Source of the DNA: Pelomyxa schiedti
Taxonomy: Eukaryota; Protista; Evosea
Length of the DNA stretch: 64,000 bases
Reading direction: 5' to 3'
NCBI GenBank assembly: GCA_020536535.1
Contig: JAHLWZ010000807.1
Location: 64,001 to 128,000 of the forward strand
Shown here: piece after piece, positions 1 through 11,905 of the stretch
Layout of the letters: the number at the start of each line of letters is the position of its first letter
Numbering within the stretch: the stretch's first letter is position 1
The notes under the pieces: generated by a model
Database searches by the model: none
Told to the model about the DNA's origin: nothing
The model's input: only the letters and a program-made list of their open reading frames with translations
Position numbers and translations under genes: made by a program

Positions 1-3000
1 TGACTTTCACGGAGACCCTCCGCAACAGGAAGTCTGTAGGCTTCTGGTTCATTGTAGGGGGGAGGTAACTCAAGTTCACGGTTGAGAATAGCAAAGATAT
101 AAAGCTTCTCCACCTGAAAAAGTGTCAATAACTTTCAGAAACCAAGATGGGTGTAATTCACCTCAGGGTGGAGACTTCCATAGTCAAAGACATAGTCAAC
201 CATTGATTCAGGAAGGGGGTGCACACGATACACAAGATTTTTCAAAGGGTCAGGAATGATAGCCGCATCCTTTTGGTGGTACTCATATACAAGTCCAGAT
301 TCCATGTCCTTGTTTATACTTGAGAAAAGTTCATCAAGAACTGTGGAACCTTGGAAGAAGTTGACTTGGGCATAAGTCGGTATGGATTGCATGCAGCAAT
401 AAATTTAATATTTGAAGGCAGTTTTTGACCACACATGAAGCCATCGCAAATCATGTTTTTGAATAAAGGCATACAGTTACAAGTATTGATTTCATCAAAG
501 AAAACATAACTAGGACAATTAATTAAATTTGGGTACAACTTAGGCAGTACTGACACGCTTGTCTCTGTAGATACGGACAAAGCCTTTGGGATAGGTCCAG
601 TATTCATAAAAGTGATGATATCCAAGTCCTCTATGCCACCATGTACATTGAGAACGTACAGAGACACTCTCAACAGTGCACACATGAAGCGAATAAGAGC
701 AGTTTTTCCTAAATAAATGTTGGAATCGAGGCGAAGGCACTAAACTGGAGTACCACATCCAGTTTCACCCATAATTATTACGGGAATAGAAGATCTTAGA
801 AATTGTTATTACAAAGGGATTGCAAAAAAAAAGTACCTAATGCGGAGCTGAATGGCAAGGATTTTCATTACATTCTAAACAACTGGGTTAGAAATCAAAC
901 AAAATCCGCAGGGTTGCATGCATCAATTGTCAAAACGTAAGAGGGGTTCGGATCTGGGAAATCAGCTGAAATACCAAGAATGGTAGACAAAAGAATAAGG
1001 CCCTCTGGTCTGGTCAGCTTAGTGTAATCTGGAAATTTTTTTTTTTTGGCCGGGAAAGTTGGCATGCAACAAGTAATACCTTTATTGAAGTCGAATCTAG
1101 CAGTGAATTAAAAAAATTCTCAAGATTGCACACCATACCCATTGAGGGTCAAGACTTGGTTGAGTTCACGTGATAGAACTTGCTCCCCAATGTTGGGGTT
1201 AAGACTAATAATACCAATCCCAAAAGGTAGAACACCATAGCTCATATCAGGGCCAGCTTGATTAAAGAAAACATAACTATACAAAGTGAAAAATAAAGAT
1301 AGACCACAGGAAAGTACGGGTGAGGAGAGTCCTTCCACTGTCTCATGACACTAAAACGCTCAGCAATACTTTTCATCTCATTTAACGTGGTGTCCTCTGT
1401 TTCAACAGCCGCCACAGCTCCCTCAACACTTGAACGATCAGCTGAAACACTCCTCGTAGAGAAGTCATAGGACGTTTGTATACTACAAGCAAGTTAGAAT
1501 TGGGAACTGAACACTTTTCTCAAGTGACCTGAAGTTCACAACAAAGTTCTTGAACTGCGGACATCCAAGGGCACCTAAACAATGGTTGTTGGTACAGAAA
1601 CAAAAAAAGAAAAATAGGCAAACCTGCTACAGCCATATTGGTCAGCAAATCGTAGTAAGATATTTGGAAGAATTGATTCACCATGAACTTTGGCCTTTGA
1701 GATACAACAAATGAAATAATAATCCTAATCACCTTTACAAAATTGGTCCACAGTGTGTATGAAGCGTCTTTGCTTGGGACTGCATATTCACTCAATAGAT
1801 CAAAGCATACAGGCCCAGTAAGGTCTTCAACAGCATCGGGATGGAAGTCAGGGTCTTCTGGCTGTTTTGTTTTTAGATTTCTTTCTTTTCTTTTTCTTGT
1901 TTTTTTTTTTTTTTTTTTGAGACCTTGAAATTCAAAAACTGTTTTTCCTTGTACGCCTGCAGATATTTGCACACAAATTGAAGCTCATAGTTTCGCATGA
2001 AGCCAATCTCAAGGTCTAAAAAATTTTAGAGTAGCACGGTTTATATGAAGGAGACATTCAGGAGATCCAGACAGTGGCTTTAAATCGTAATTATATAGGT
2101 CCAGTGCATCCTTGGCAACAAGAGATACTTCTTGTGGAAGCATGGAGCAGAAGTGCAACCTATTCAAAGTTTGATATAGGATTTATGGGTACCAAATCAC
2201 CTCTTGAAAGTAGAATTCTGATAACTGTTGGCAATTTCTATATAAAAACCATCTGTTTCTAAGCGGTGATAAATGGCACCTGTTAGAGGATCTTGAACAG
2301 TGCCAACGATAAGAAGCTGGAACAGTAATGAGTTCAGCTCTTGTACTGTGAGAAAAAAAAAAAAAGAAGACATATTGGTACCGTTGGTTGCTGTTGGTCC
2401 AACATCTACATGGTAGATGGACCTGGAACCATCTGATTGGCTTATGGTTCCTGTTCCCTTAAACAGCTCGATGAAAGTATTGGCAGCAACGAAGCCATTG
2501 ATTGGGATATGCTTATATCTCGCACCCCACCTGGAAAAATTTATCACATTTAGAAGGTAGAAAAAATTCCATACTTGGATCCCTTTCTTTTCACTGCATG
2601 TGTCTTGCCAGCACCTGCGATATCAGACACGAAAACACATGTATCCATTGTGTAAGAAGTGACAATGTTGGCATATATTGTCTTAAGAGTCCCCTCATCA
2701 AGGGGACTCACTTGTAGCTTACGGTGTGCAAGGGCAGAGACAAGATGCTAAAGAAAATGAATTGCAAGAAGAAACCTGAAAACATACCTGCCCTTCTGCC
2801 TCGGTGCTAATAAATATAAGCTGAGCACAATGAGACATAGGAAGTCCTAAAACAAGTTCCACCACCTAGTTCATGATTGGTGATTGAGGAATCTTATGTG
2901 CGAAACCTTGCTCTGGAGTGTGTATGATAAGGCATTTATGTTGGAGACACAATATAGCCTGTTTGTGTGACCTTGGGATCTTGAGTAACACCATCTTAGA

Positions 3001-6000
3001 AGCAGGATTTCAATTTCTTCAAGTGATGTGTGCTCGTCACACAGTAGAATCTAAGGTTTGTTGGGTTAGACCATTTGGATGCCGCACTGGAGTGGGTTAC
3101 CTCAGATGGCTCTGGGATTCGGCTATTCTGAATGTAAAGTGAAAGCACAAGATCAAAAATTTTACTGGCTGGTGTAATGACCACATAGTATCCTTGCATC
3201 CCTTCCTCAAAAACATACCTGTAAAAGTCAGAAGATAAAAACAATTTGGGTTAGACCTTGAACCACTTGGGACAATTGACTGTCCAACATTTCTGGATAT
3301 TGGAGTGTGCTTGGTGAAAAGATTGAGTAAGTTCCCCAAACTTTCTAGTCTGCTTGTTGATGTTCCGCCACTTGTCCATCCTGAAACTGCTGCAGTAACT
3401 TCAGCAGGAGTAAGGGTAGAATTGACATAGGATAAAATGCTATTCAAGGAGGTAATATGTGAGGATTTTTGTGTGGGGGTCAAGGTTGCTGAATCAAGGT
3501 GGGCAATGATGTTGAGTAGTTGAGCCATGGTGAAGAAGTTGAGGTAGTAGAATTGACTCCGCGCAACTTTCACGATTTCTTGCCATTCCTATTACTATGA
3601 GAACCAAAAAAAAAAAGGTTAATATCTCTTACTGATAGGACTTGCTGTAGTTGTTCAGCACGTTTCTTTAGAATTGTCAGAGTTGAGCTTGCAACAAACT
3701 AAGAGTGATAAGAGGCTATTAAAGTGTTGAAGTGATGTACTGTTTCCCGATGAATGTGAAAATCAAAGTGCCCACTGTTATGCAGATCGGCAAGGGTTTT
3801 ATTTATCTCGACAACCAATCGAAGTTGCTCAACAAATTCTGACATCATAAGTGGTATCATCTCAGTTTCTTTTTGGACTGGAATTTCAGCAAGCATCTGT
3901 TTAAATAAGTTAGGTGCTCCAGAATGCATTTGACTTACTAATCTATTTCGTAAATCAGTCAATTCGTCTAAAGTCAATGATACTCGTTTCCCTGAGTCTT
4001 CTGGGTAGTCCATAATCATATCTACTTTGTGATTCTCGACGGCCCACACATACTGGCCTGTTGTCATCAATTTTCGCAGTGTAAAACATGCTTGCATTCC
4101 TTTGTCTGGTTAAAGGAGGATAAAAGGGCAAAAAAAAAAAAACCAGGGCTGCAAGTCCTTTCAGTGAATATTTTCATCAGAAATTCGAATTGTTCATTTG
4201 CTGTATGTAGGTGGCTGACTTCATCAGGTGATGTGATAACAATTTGCTTGAAGACAGTAAGGAATTCCTCCAATGAGCTGCAGGGGTTAGCAGCAAGCAT
4301 TTTTTTGGATGTCACCATACCTGAAAGGTCTCTTTGGGTACAGAATGGGGGAGAGTAAGTTTCGAGATGAAAGCAGTGAAGCAATCGCACTATAAAAGTT
4401 ATTTTAAGGCTCAGGGGAAGACAAACAACCGTAAAGCAATGGGATCATCTGTATTCGATTTAGAAATGGAAATCAAGCGCTGGAACTCTTCAGTGTTTGC
4501 ATGTCCCTGCAAGGGATTAGTACAGAAAGTGCTTTAGTGAGACAGACCAAAAACCAAGTGACTAGTTCAGGGCTAGAGGTGAACTCATCAAGGTACAATA
4601 ATTGCAAATCACCAAACCCCTCAAAAATCTTTTTTTTTTTTTTTTTTTTTCACCTTAGCATTTGTAGCGACCTCTAGAGTGCTTACTCTTTTTACTGTCT
4701 CAACATAGGTTGTTGTATCCCTGAGCACAAGTGTAGTCCATCGCGCTTCAAGGGCAGAATGCACTGTAGAAAGACTTGCACATAAAGCATCATTCTTAAA
4801 GTCTGTGGCAAACAATGCTTTGAGGAATCTGCAGAATGGAATAAGAACAGAACAAAGAGATGATAACAGCACTTGAGTGAATTTAGAAGCAAAGCAAGTC
4901 TCTTGCGATGGTCCTCGAGTATCCTGAAATTCTCCATAAACACAACATGCTTTTTTGCCCAGGAGGAGGACTCTTTCTCTGTTAATTGACCACCAGACTT
5001 CCCAAGGATCTGAAGCTCCCGTTGGAGATGTTTGGTCTCCACAGGTTTGAAGGTTGTCGTAAGATCTGTCAAGATAATTGATACACATATTTCTTTTACA
5101 TGTGCTTGATACCTGTGAAAAGAATCGTGTAGTTATCCACAGACTGGAATAACTCCCGCCAAAATTTTTTTACTGCTGGTATAAGATTACTTGCCACATA
5201 GTCTAGATCAATTTGTGGAGCTTGTACTTCATCCTTGCTGCCATTAAAACAAAAAAAAAAAGTTTGTGAAAGATATACTTGTGTGGGTGCATGGCCTAAA
5301 AGTGCAGCTGCAGCTGCGGGGGGCGGGGGTGGCGGCGGCGGCGGCGGCGGGATTGGAGTTGCTGGTATAGCAGAGCCCACACTATATTTATTGAGAACAT
5401 AAAAACAGGAGATGAAAGTACTTCTTTTTAGCCAGAGCCGACCAAAGAGACAGGAATAAATCAGAACCTCGGTGATCATAAATCCAGCTCAATAAAGGTG
5501 TTACAGGTAAAGAATTAAATAACCCCTTAGTGAATAAGTGGTGAAGTAATTCAGCACATGGGTACCTTGACTTCAGACAGGATAAGACTGTCCCAGTTTT
5601 GACGGATATTAATGAGATCCTCTGATAATTTCCCAGAATTCAAATTAATTGACATTCCAAAAATGTTGATGAAGCACTGTAGATGTGTAACAACGGTCTC
5701 AAACTCAGACATTGTTGAATACTTGTAGGTAACTCAGAAATGGGTTTTTTTGTATTTAGAAGAGTACCCTCTCTTGGAACAGTGCTGCTGGAATTTTGGG
5801 TATATCACAAGATGTTAAGAGCTCAGCAGAGGCTTCTCTACGTTCTCTCAATAGCTGCACCTCTAGTAAGGTACACCGTTCTGCCATGAAATTCTGGGCC
5901 ACTGTGAGTAATTATGAAATACTTATTAACTGTACATCATAAGTTGTTCTAAGTGTAGCCTTGGCCTGGGTAAGAAGTTCAATAGTTGGTACTTTCTCTG

Positions 6001-7538
6001 GGAAATGTGTCCGGTCATCAACTTTCAAAACCTTTTTGAAAAAAATTAGATGATACAACATTTGACTCAAGGTTACAACATGTAAAGCTCGGACCCAGAG
6101 TCTATGCCACTTCAACAGAGTAGCTAAGTCGGCGGTTGGTTTCTCACTTGAGACAGTGAAATCTTGTCTGAAATATTCAAAAAAGTTACCTATTGGCTAG
6201 ATGAAGGAGGCAGTATAGCAATGTATAAACAAGGGGGCAAGGCTTTTGTCTGTGGAGACTATCATAAAGTTCAACCTGACCTGGATCCAACAATCAGACA
6301 GTGTGATGGAAATTTCTGTTACCTTCTTCTGTTTGGGCAAAGCTGGAGACTGCTCTTCGTGCTGTTCAATGTGAAAAAGAATCTAATGAGATAGCTGGCG
6401 TACCTCTTTCCTCAAATATCCTCAAAACCTCTTCTTTAAAAGGAATTGCCAAAGCTTGTGGCAGATCAGAAACTAAAATAGATCTATCATGCAACATATT
6501 CAAAAGGCTGTAAAGTGGAATCAGTTGTGATTCAAGTGTCTGACAGCCTACGTTCGAAGTGCTCGAGTTATGTGCTCCAAGTGTTTTGAAAAGACATCAA
6601 TTTTGCAAACATTATTAAATATTTGAAGGAGATTTGGAAGCTCAACAGAAACCTAGGTTCCTGAATTAGCGAACCATTAGCCATGGTTGACGAACTTTTC
6701 GCTCCGTCGTTGTGTGGTCGAATGTTACAGTACGGGTTTCTACAATAAAAGCACTTGTCAGCCATCTTTGAATGGCTTGGCTCAGCCTCAAGGATAGTTC
6801 ATCTGTGACAACAGAAAGGGTATTGATGTATTGTAAAACGGGAATGGCCTTAAGGGGGGTAAGTTAAATTTGTTGGAGTTCTGGCAGCTTACTTTCATAA
6901 TGTCAGTTATTTGAGTGAATTCATTGCTCTCAAGAGCTGCACAGACTATATTACAGGCATGCTGTGGAGGACAATTTTGAATTAACCTAAGTTCCTTGTT
7001 TAATGGTAATTTTATCCCTTCAATACATACTGTAGGAAGACATTGAGAGATTTTGCTTGTGATTTAGCTGATCTTGGCCATTCAAAAGTCCTCATGCGGG
7101 ATGTTAATGTATCCATGAAGACCTCAATCATAGGTGCAGAAGGATCAAGAACTAGTGGTTCAACTTCCATGAGCTGGAATAAGCAGTGCATACTGGGTAA
7201 AATGAGAAAATCCTCGATGGCATTGTGAAGAACCTGGGGGCAATTCTAATCATCGAGCACAATATCGGAAGCTTGCTTGTAATAAGAGGTGGTTGACAGA
7301 GGATGAGGTTTCCTTCGTGAAGTGTTTGCATTTCTGTCAGAAAGGCCTTATTTTTTTCCCTTCTAACCATCACAGCGGGTTCCACATAAACCACACCATA
7401 ATGTTTCCCAGCAACCTGAGAAACAACTTCAACAAGTGGAACAAGGGAAAGCCATAAAAACGATCCACATTTGTGCTCTTCCTGAGCAATAGACCGAATT
7501 CCCTTTATTATCCATTCCGCTTGGTCCTTTGTCACCAA
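1..7538 (-). CDS. Giant AAA+ ATPase (midasin/RNF213-like P-loop), multi-exon, partial: C-terminal side runs off the window start
   Basis: Minus-strand exons give a P-loop GETGCG|KTALIRFMCALL (Walker A) split by a 45-nt GT-AG intron (709..753). Walker B VFFDEINTC and sensor-like FIAACNPYR follow in ORF 314..685. The coding frame continues to position 1 (…YNEPEAYRLPVAEGLRES). Long helical ORFs upstream (1520..1972, 2197..2547, 3097..3573, 3699..4097, 4692..5072, 5096..5479 with a poly-Pro run, 7152..7538) are separated by short introns carrying poly-T tracts. The exact family (midasin vs RNF213 vs other) is not resolvable by eye. Confidence 0.55.
709..753 (-). other. 45-nt GT-AG spliceosomal intron splitting the Walker A P-loop codons (…GETGCG | KTALI…)
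   Basis: Minus strand reads gtactccag…tatttag. Splicing joins tgt g + ga aaa act to give C-G-K-T. Without splicing there is an in-frame stop. Confidence 0.6.
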
Positions 7539-7559
7539 CTTTGAAATTTCTTAGATAGT

Positions 7560-9170
7560 TTCTCTAAGGGGAATAATACCTGGGAAAAGTCATACTCTGG
7601 GCTATACAATGAACTATGTGATAGCATCGCAATGAATTCTGGGGGGAAACAAGAAACCATTTTCATTGGAACCCAAGCACCATTAGACCATGTGGATCCA
7701 GTACTCCACCCGCTTCCTGACTCCCACCCAGAACTCCACCCCCCTGTTCCCCATCCAGAGCTCCAACCTGTACTTCTTCCACTAGAAAAATGTTACAAAT
7801 AAAGAAAAATCAGCTTAATGTGAAACCTGTAGGTATCTGTGCCCGATCCAGAGGTATAGACACCGCCACCTGTGTAGGCACCATTTCCCCATGTACTACC
7901 ACCAGTTCCCCAGGATCCTCCTGTTCCCCATGACCATGCCGCTGGCTTCCATACCCTTGAACGTATTACATGTACAACTTCAGCAGAACCTGGCCGCCAG
8001 TTGGAATTTTCTGACTATTTGGGAATTGTACCCCGAGCAAAGCAAAGCATCAAAGCGGCAAGTGGGGTCCACCTTCCTTTCATAGCTTTTATTTTCTCTT
8101 CAGCCCAGTCTTCAACTTCGCGTTGCCACAACTACAAAAAAGGGACAAAATGTTAATTAATTAGTAAGAAAGTAGGTTTGCGTACGTCATCTCGTTCAAC
8201 CAAGCAAGTGAAAGCACAAGAATAACGTTGCAAGAAAATACGGGCATTGGATTCACTGGGGTTCTGGTCAAACTGGTTCCACACCATATTGAGGAATCCC
8301 AAGGCAGCTTCCTTGTTATTCTTAAAGGTGAAATGGTAAAATGAAAGGCCACCTTTCGGTATGCTGAATTCCCACCCCAATAGAATGACCACCCATATGA
8401 TGGTGAGGCTTTGTAAATTGCATAAACTTCGGTTGTTTCTGCGGTTATCTCCCTTTGGTAGTATAAGTAAGATTTTGGCACTGCAACACTTTCACCTGGC
8501 ATCACCACTCTCAAGTTTGACATTGGTTCTGCTTTCAATAACAAACTTGTAATCAAATATTGACCCCTGCCACAAAGTTACCCAAGAACCATTGACGGGG
8601 GATGGTGTCAAACTTTTTGGTGTTTCACAGGGAATGAAATGGAGCCAGACCACAAGCGAAGGTCAGAAGGGTCTCTCTCCAAGTAAGACAAAATTGATGC
8701 AGCAGTAATAACCGGGGTTGTTGTTGTATACTGCATGCCATACATGCCAGCTGCATACTGCGTGACAGGGCGAGTATCTTCCCTCACTCCCACTCTGCCA
8801 TCTTCAAAATTGCCATAAGTTATACACAATCTCAGTAAGCAAACATCCAGGATAGTGATATGTTGAGGTTTTTTTTATTTTTTTTTTTTTAAAAAGCTTT
8901 TTTGTACCAGCGCCAAGTTCATCAGTAGGAACGAAAACGTGAAATGTCACCAGCACGTGATCTTTAACAACGACATCAGTTTGTTGGCTGGGCCTGGTTG
9001 CAGTTGCATTTGACGTCACCGAGGATGTTGGAATTGGCGGCGGGGGATACGACGGAGGCGGCACGGCTGCCCTGGTGGTGGCGCCAGGCACCACCTCAGT
9101 TATGGGAGGAGGAGGCTGAGATTGAGGGGGCCCGACGCCAACTCCTGAGGGTGGGGTTACTTGAGACATG
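7560..9170 (-). CDS. CBM20-like starch-binding domain protein with Pro-rich N-terminus and Trp/Gly/Ser-rich (WG/GW repeat) C-terminal region, multi-exon
   Basis: N-terminal exon: MSQVTPPSGVGVGPPQSQPPPP…VVVKDHVLVTFHVFVPTDELGAG. A GT donor is followed by a poly-A-containing intron (about 8830..8900). Later exons carry …SDLRLWSGSISFPV…, W.GSIFDYKFVIESRTNVKLESGDAR and …VAVPKSYLYYQ…. These fit the CBM20 pattern (tsvtFnV…LGnW…eYKF…WE). Downstream exons (7640..7960) encode WSWGTGGSWGTGGSTWGNGAYTGG and WSSGWGTGGWSSGWESGSGWSTGSTWSNGAW. Exon joins are uncertain. It could be part of the same transcription unit as the upstream AAA gene. Confidence 0.35.
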
Positions 9171-9344
9171 TTGTTATCCGTTTGTTCTTGTTTTTTTGTT
9201 TGGTTTTGGTTACTGGTCAGGAATTTAAAGGAAACAGCAAGCGAGAGGAAATTGGTTTCGGTGATTGAGGAGACAGCTGAGGCCTCAGGAAGAGGGCACA
9301 ATGAAAACGAGAGATAAACCGGGTGATAGTGCGTTGATTTCCGT

Positions 9345-11869
9345 TTGAAGCTGTCACAGTTACTCTTCCTCGGATCTGGATCTGGCAATTTAATCTTATT
9401 GTTTGGGATGATGCACGGGGGTGATGGTGGCACCGGTGGCAGCGGCAGCGGAGACGTAAGTGTTGCGATGTCCAATTCTACGGCGGTTGGATCTGCGAGG
9501 GTTTTGGTGGTTGGTGCGGGGGGGATTGGCTGCGAGCTAGTTAAAGATCTGGCGCTGTGTGGGTTCAGGGGCGTAACTGTTGCTGATTTGGACACCATTG
9601 ACTTGAGCAACTTGAACCGGCAGTTTTTGTTTCGCAGAAACCACATCGGCTCGTCAAAGGCAAAGGTAAGCTTGTCCAAATTCAAAGGGTGGAAGCTCCA
9701 ATTTCCTTTCTTTTCTTAGGCATTCCGTCTCGCATTTTCCTGTTCTTTTTTTTCTTTTCTCCCTCTTTGTCTCAGTACTATTTCGCTTTAAGCTTTGTTT
9801 TAGAACATTTTTCTTTAAAATTCATTGGTTCCAGGTTGCGTGTGAGGCAGTGAATAAGATGAGACCCAGTGCAAATTTTGTACCACTTCACACAAACATC
9901 AAATCTCCTGACTTGGGTGCCAACTTCTTCCAAGAGTTTGACTTGGTGATCAACGCACTGGATAATCTTGGTTAGAATTACGTCTGTGTGCTTTGTTTTA
10001 TTCATCCAGTCAGATGCCAGAAGGCATGTCAACAGGTTGTGTGTGTCGCTTGGTAAACCCCTTATTGAAAGTGCCACTGAGGGTTACCTGGGACAGCTCA
10101 CGACAATCCTTCCAGTAATAAACTGCCTGCTCTCCCCGAGCTGATAGATTGTAGGGCGAGACTGAATGCTTTGAATGTCAACCCAAGCAAGCACCAAAGT
10201 CGTTTGCTGTTTGTACAATCCGTTCCAATCCTTCCGAACCAGTTCACTGCATACACTGGGCAAAAATGCTTTTTGGGTTAATTTTTTCCACCCTTGTGCA
10301 TTCGCTTATTCTTGTTAGCCATATTTGGGGTGTGCAAGATGACTCTAATGCTGTAACTGACCTTACAACCATTGTTTCACAACCTGGTCAGTCTCCTACT
10401 AATATGGCACTTGCTATATTTGACAAGGCAAGTTACTTTCGAATTATAGGTTTGCTAAACCGTTCTCCAAGGTATTTAACAAAGACATTGTGACTCTCGC
10501 CTCAATGGATAAACTGTGGACAGGACGGAAACCACCAACTCCTCTTGTTTTTGATGAGGTGGTATCAGCATCATCCACTAGTTCATCCTCTCCTACCGAT
10601 TTACAAGCAGTGTGGAGCATTGCTACGTGCTGTCACAAATTTGTGGAAAGGTTTTGCCTTGTACTCTTGGGGATTTCCACTAAGAAGTTCTAGTGTTGTG
10701 GAACTGGCGGCCTACAGTGCAACACTATCACAAAAACTAGTCTGGGACAAGGATCATCCAGCCTCACTTTGCTTTGTCACTTGTGCTGCCAATATAAGAG
10801 CTCACATCTTTGGCATCCCTATGCAGAGCCAGTTTGATGTCAAAGGTTGCCCCCACCCTCTTTCCTTATGGACCCATATTCTCTAGCTGTTGCTGGAAAT
10901 ATCATACCTGCCATTGCAACCAGCAATGCAATAGTAGCTGGAATGGTTGCGATTGAAGCCATGAAGGTTGTCACTGGTAACAAGGCTGCCTGTAAAATGG
11001 TAAGCCAAAGAAATCAAGGCTACTAAGTATACCAGTAAAATACATATTATCTCAGACTTTTGCTCTTCCCTCTCTGCCCTTTCCCTCATCCAAATTCTTT
11101 CCTAGCTTGGGAAGAATACCGTGGGGTGTTTATTAGAACCCCCAGGTCCACCCCCTCTTTCATAGAAAAAATACACTTTTAAACCTACAAATGAAGTTTT
11201 AACTCTTTGAAGGTTTTCCTTCGTAGATACCCTGCCAACAAACAATTCTTCCTTCCTTCACGGATTTCTCCTCCAAATCCGCGCTGCTTTGTATGCAGCC
11301 ACAAGTGTATTGACTTGCGCATTGACACGATTGCGTGCACACTTACACACTTTGCTGAAGCAGTTCTTAAGCGAATTTTATCATTCAACATGCCTTCTGT
11401 AATGAAAGAGAGCACGTGCGTTGTAGTATTTTTCAGCTTCTCCTCACCCTTTTTTCCCCAAGTATCATTTTTGAAACCGGGGACGATATGGACGAATATG
11501 AAGCTGCGAACTATGCAAGACAAAAAGTGAAGACACTTCATCAAGTTGGCATTGTGGACAACACCCTTCTAACCGTAGAAGACCTAACACAAGATTTTAC
11601 ACTCGATATCCACATTGTGCACACGTAAGCACAACAACTAAGCAACACAGTACCAATAATCAATTCCACAATACAGGAAGTTCGCACCAGTTGAGGGTGA
11701 GGATGACAAGCTGTTTGAAATTGATGCCGGACAGGTTCAAGTACCTGAAGCAAAACCAACAGCAGCAGCAACAACTCCCGCTGTTGCTCCCACTGTCTCA
11801 ACAACTACAGAGGCTGATGACGATGATGATTGTTGTGTTGTTGTTCTCCCACAAAAGAGGAAACATTGA
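9345..11869 (+). CDS. UBA2: SUMO-activating enzyme subunit 2 (UBA2/SAE2, ThiF-family E1), at least 9 exons
   Basis: Exon 1 (9345..9665): [55 protein letters not shown]. Exon 2 (9835..9970): [45 protein letters not shown]. Exon 3 (10014..10114): [34 protein letters not shown]. Exon 4 (10155..10276): [41 protein letters not shown]. Later exons: …[32 protein letters not shown]…; …[37 protein letters not shown]; [38 protein letters not shown]; …[12 protein letters not shown]…; C-terminal …[11 protein letters not shown]|[16 protein letters not shown]… with stop TGA at 11867..11869. Block-by-block matches to human SAE2 motifs. Introns are 40-170 nt, GT-AG. Confidence 0.85.
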
Positions 11870-11905
11870 AATAAGAGAACCTTTACATTGCAACATTCAT
11901 TTTTT

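Noticed and set aside
4029-4537. Plus-strand ORFs (4029..4358, 4334..4537) inside the giant AAA gene region
   Set aside because: They are antisense to minus-strand coding exons and introns, have no motifs and are interrupted by poly-A tracts.
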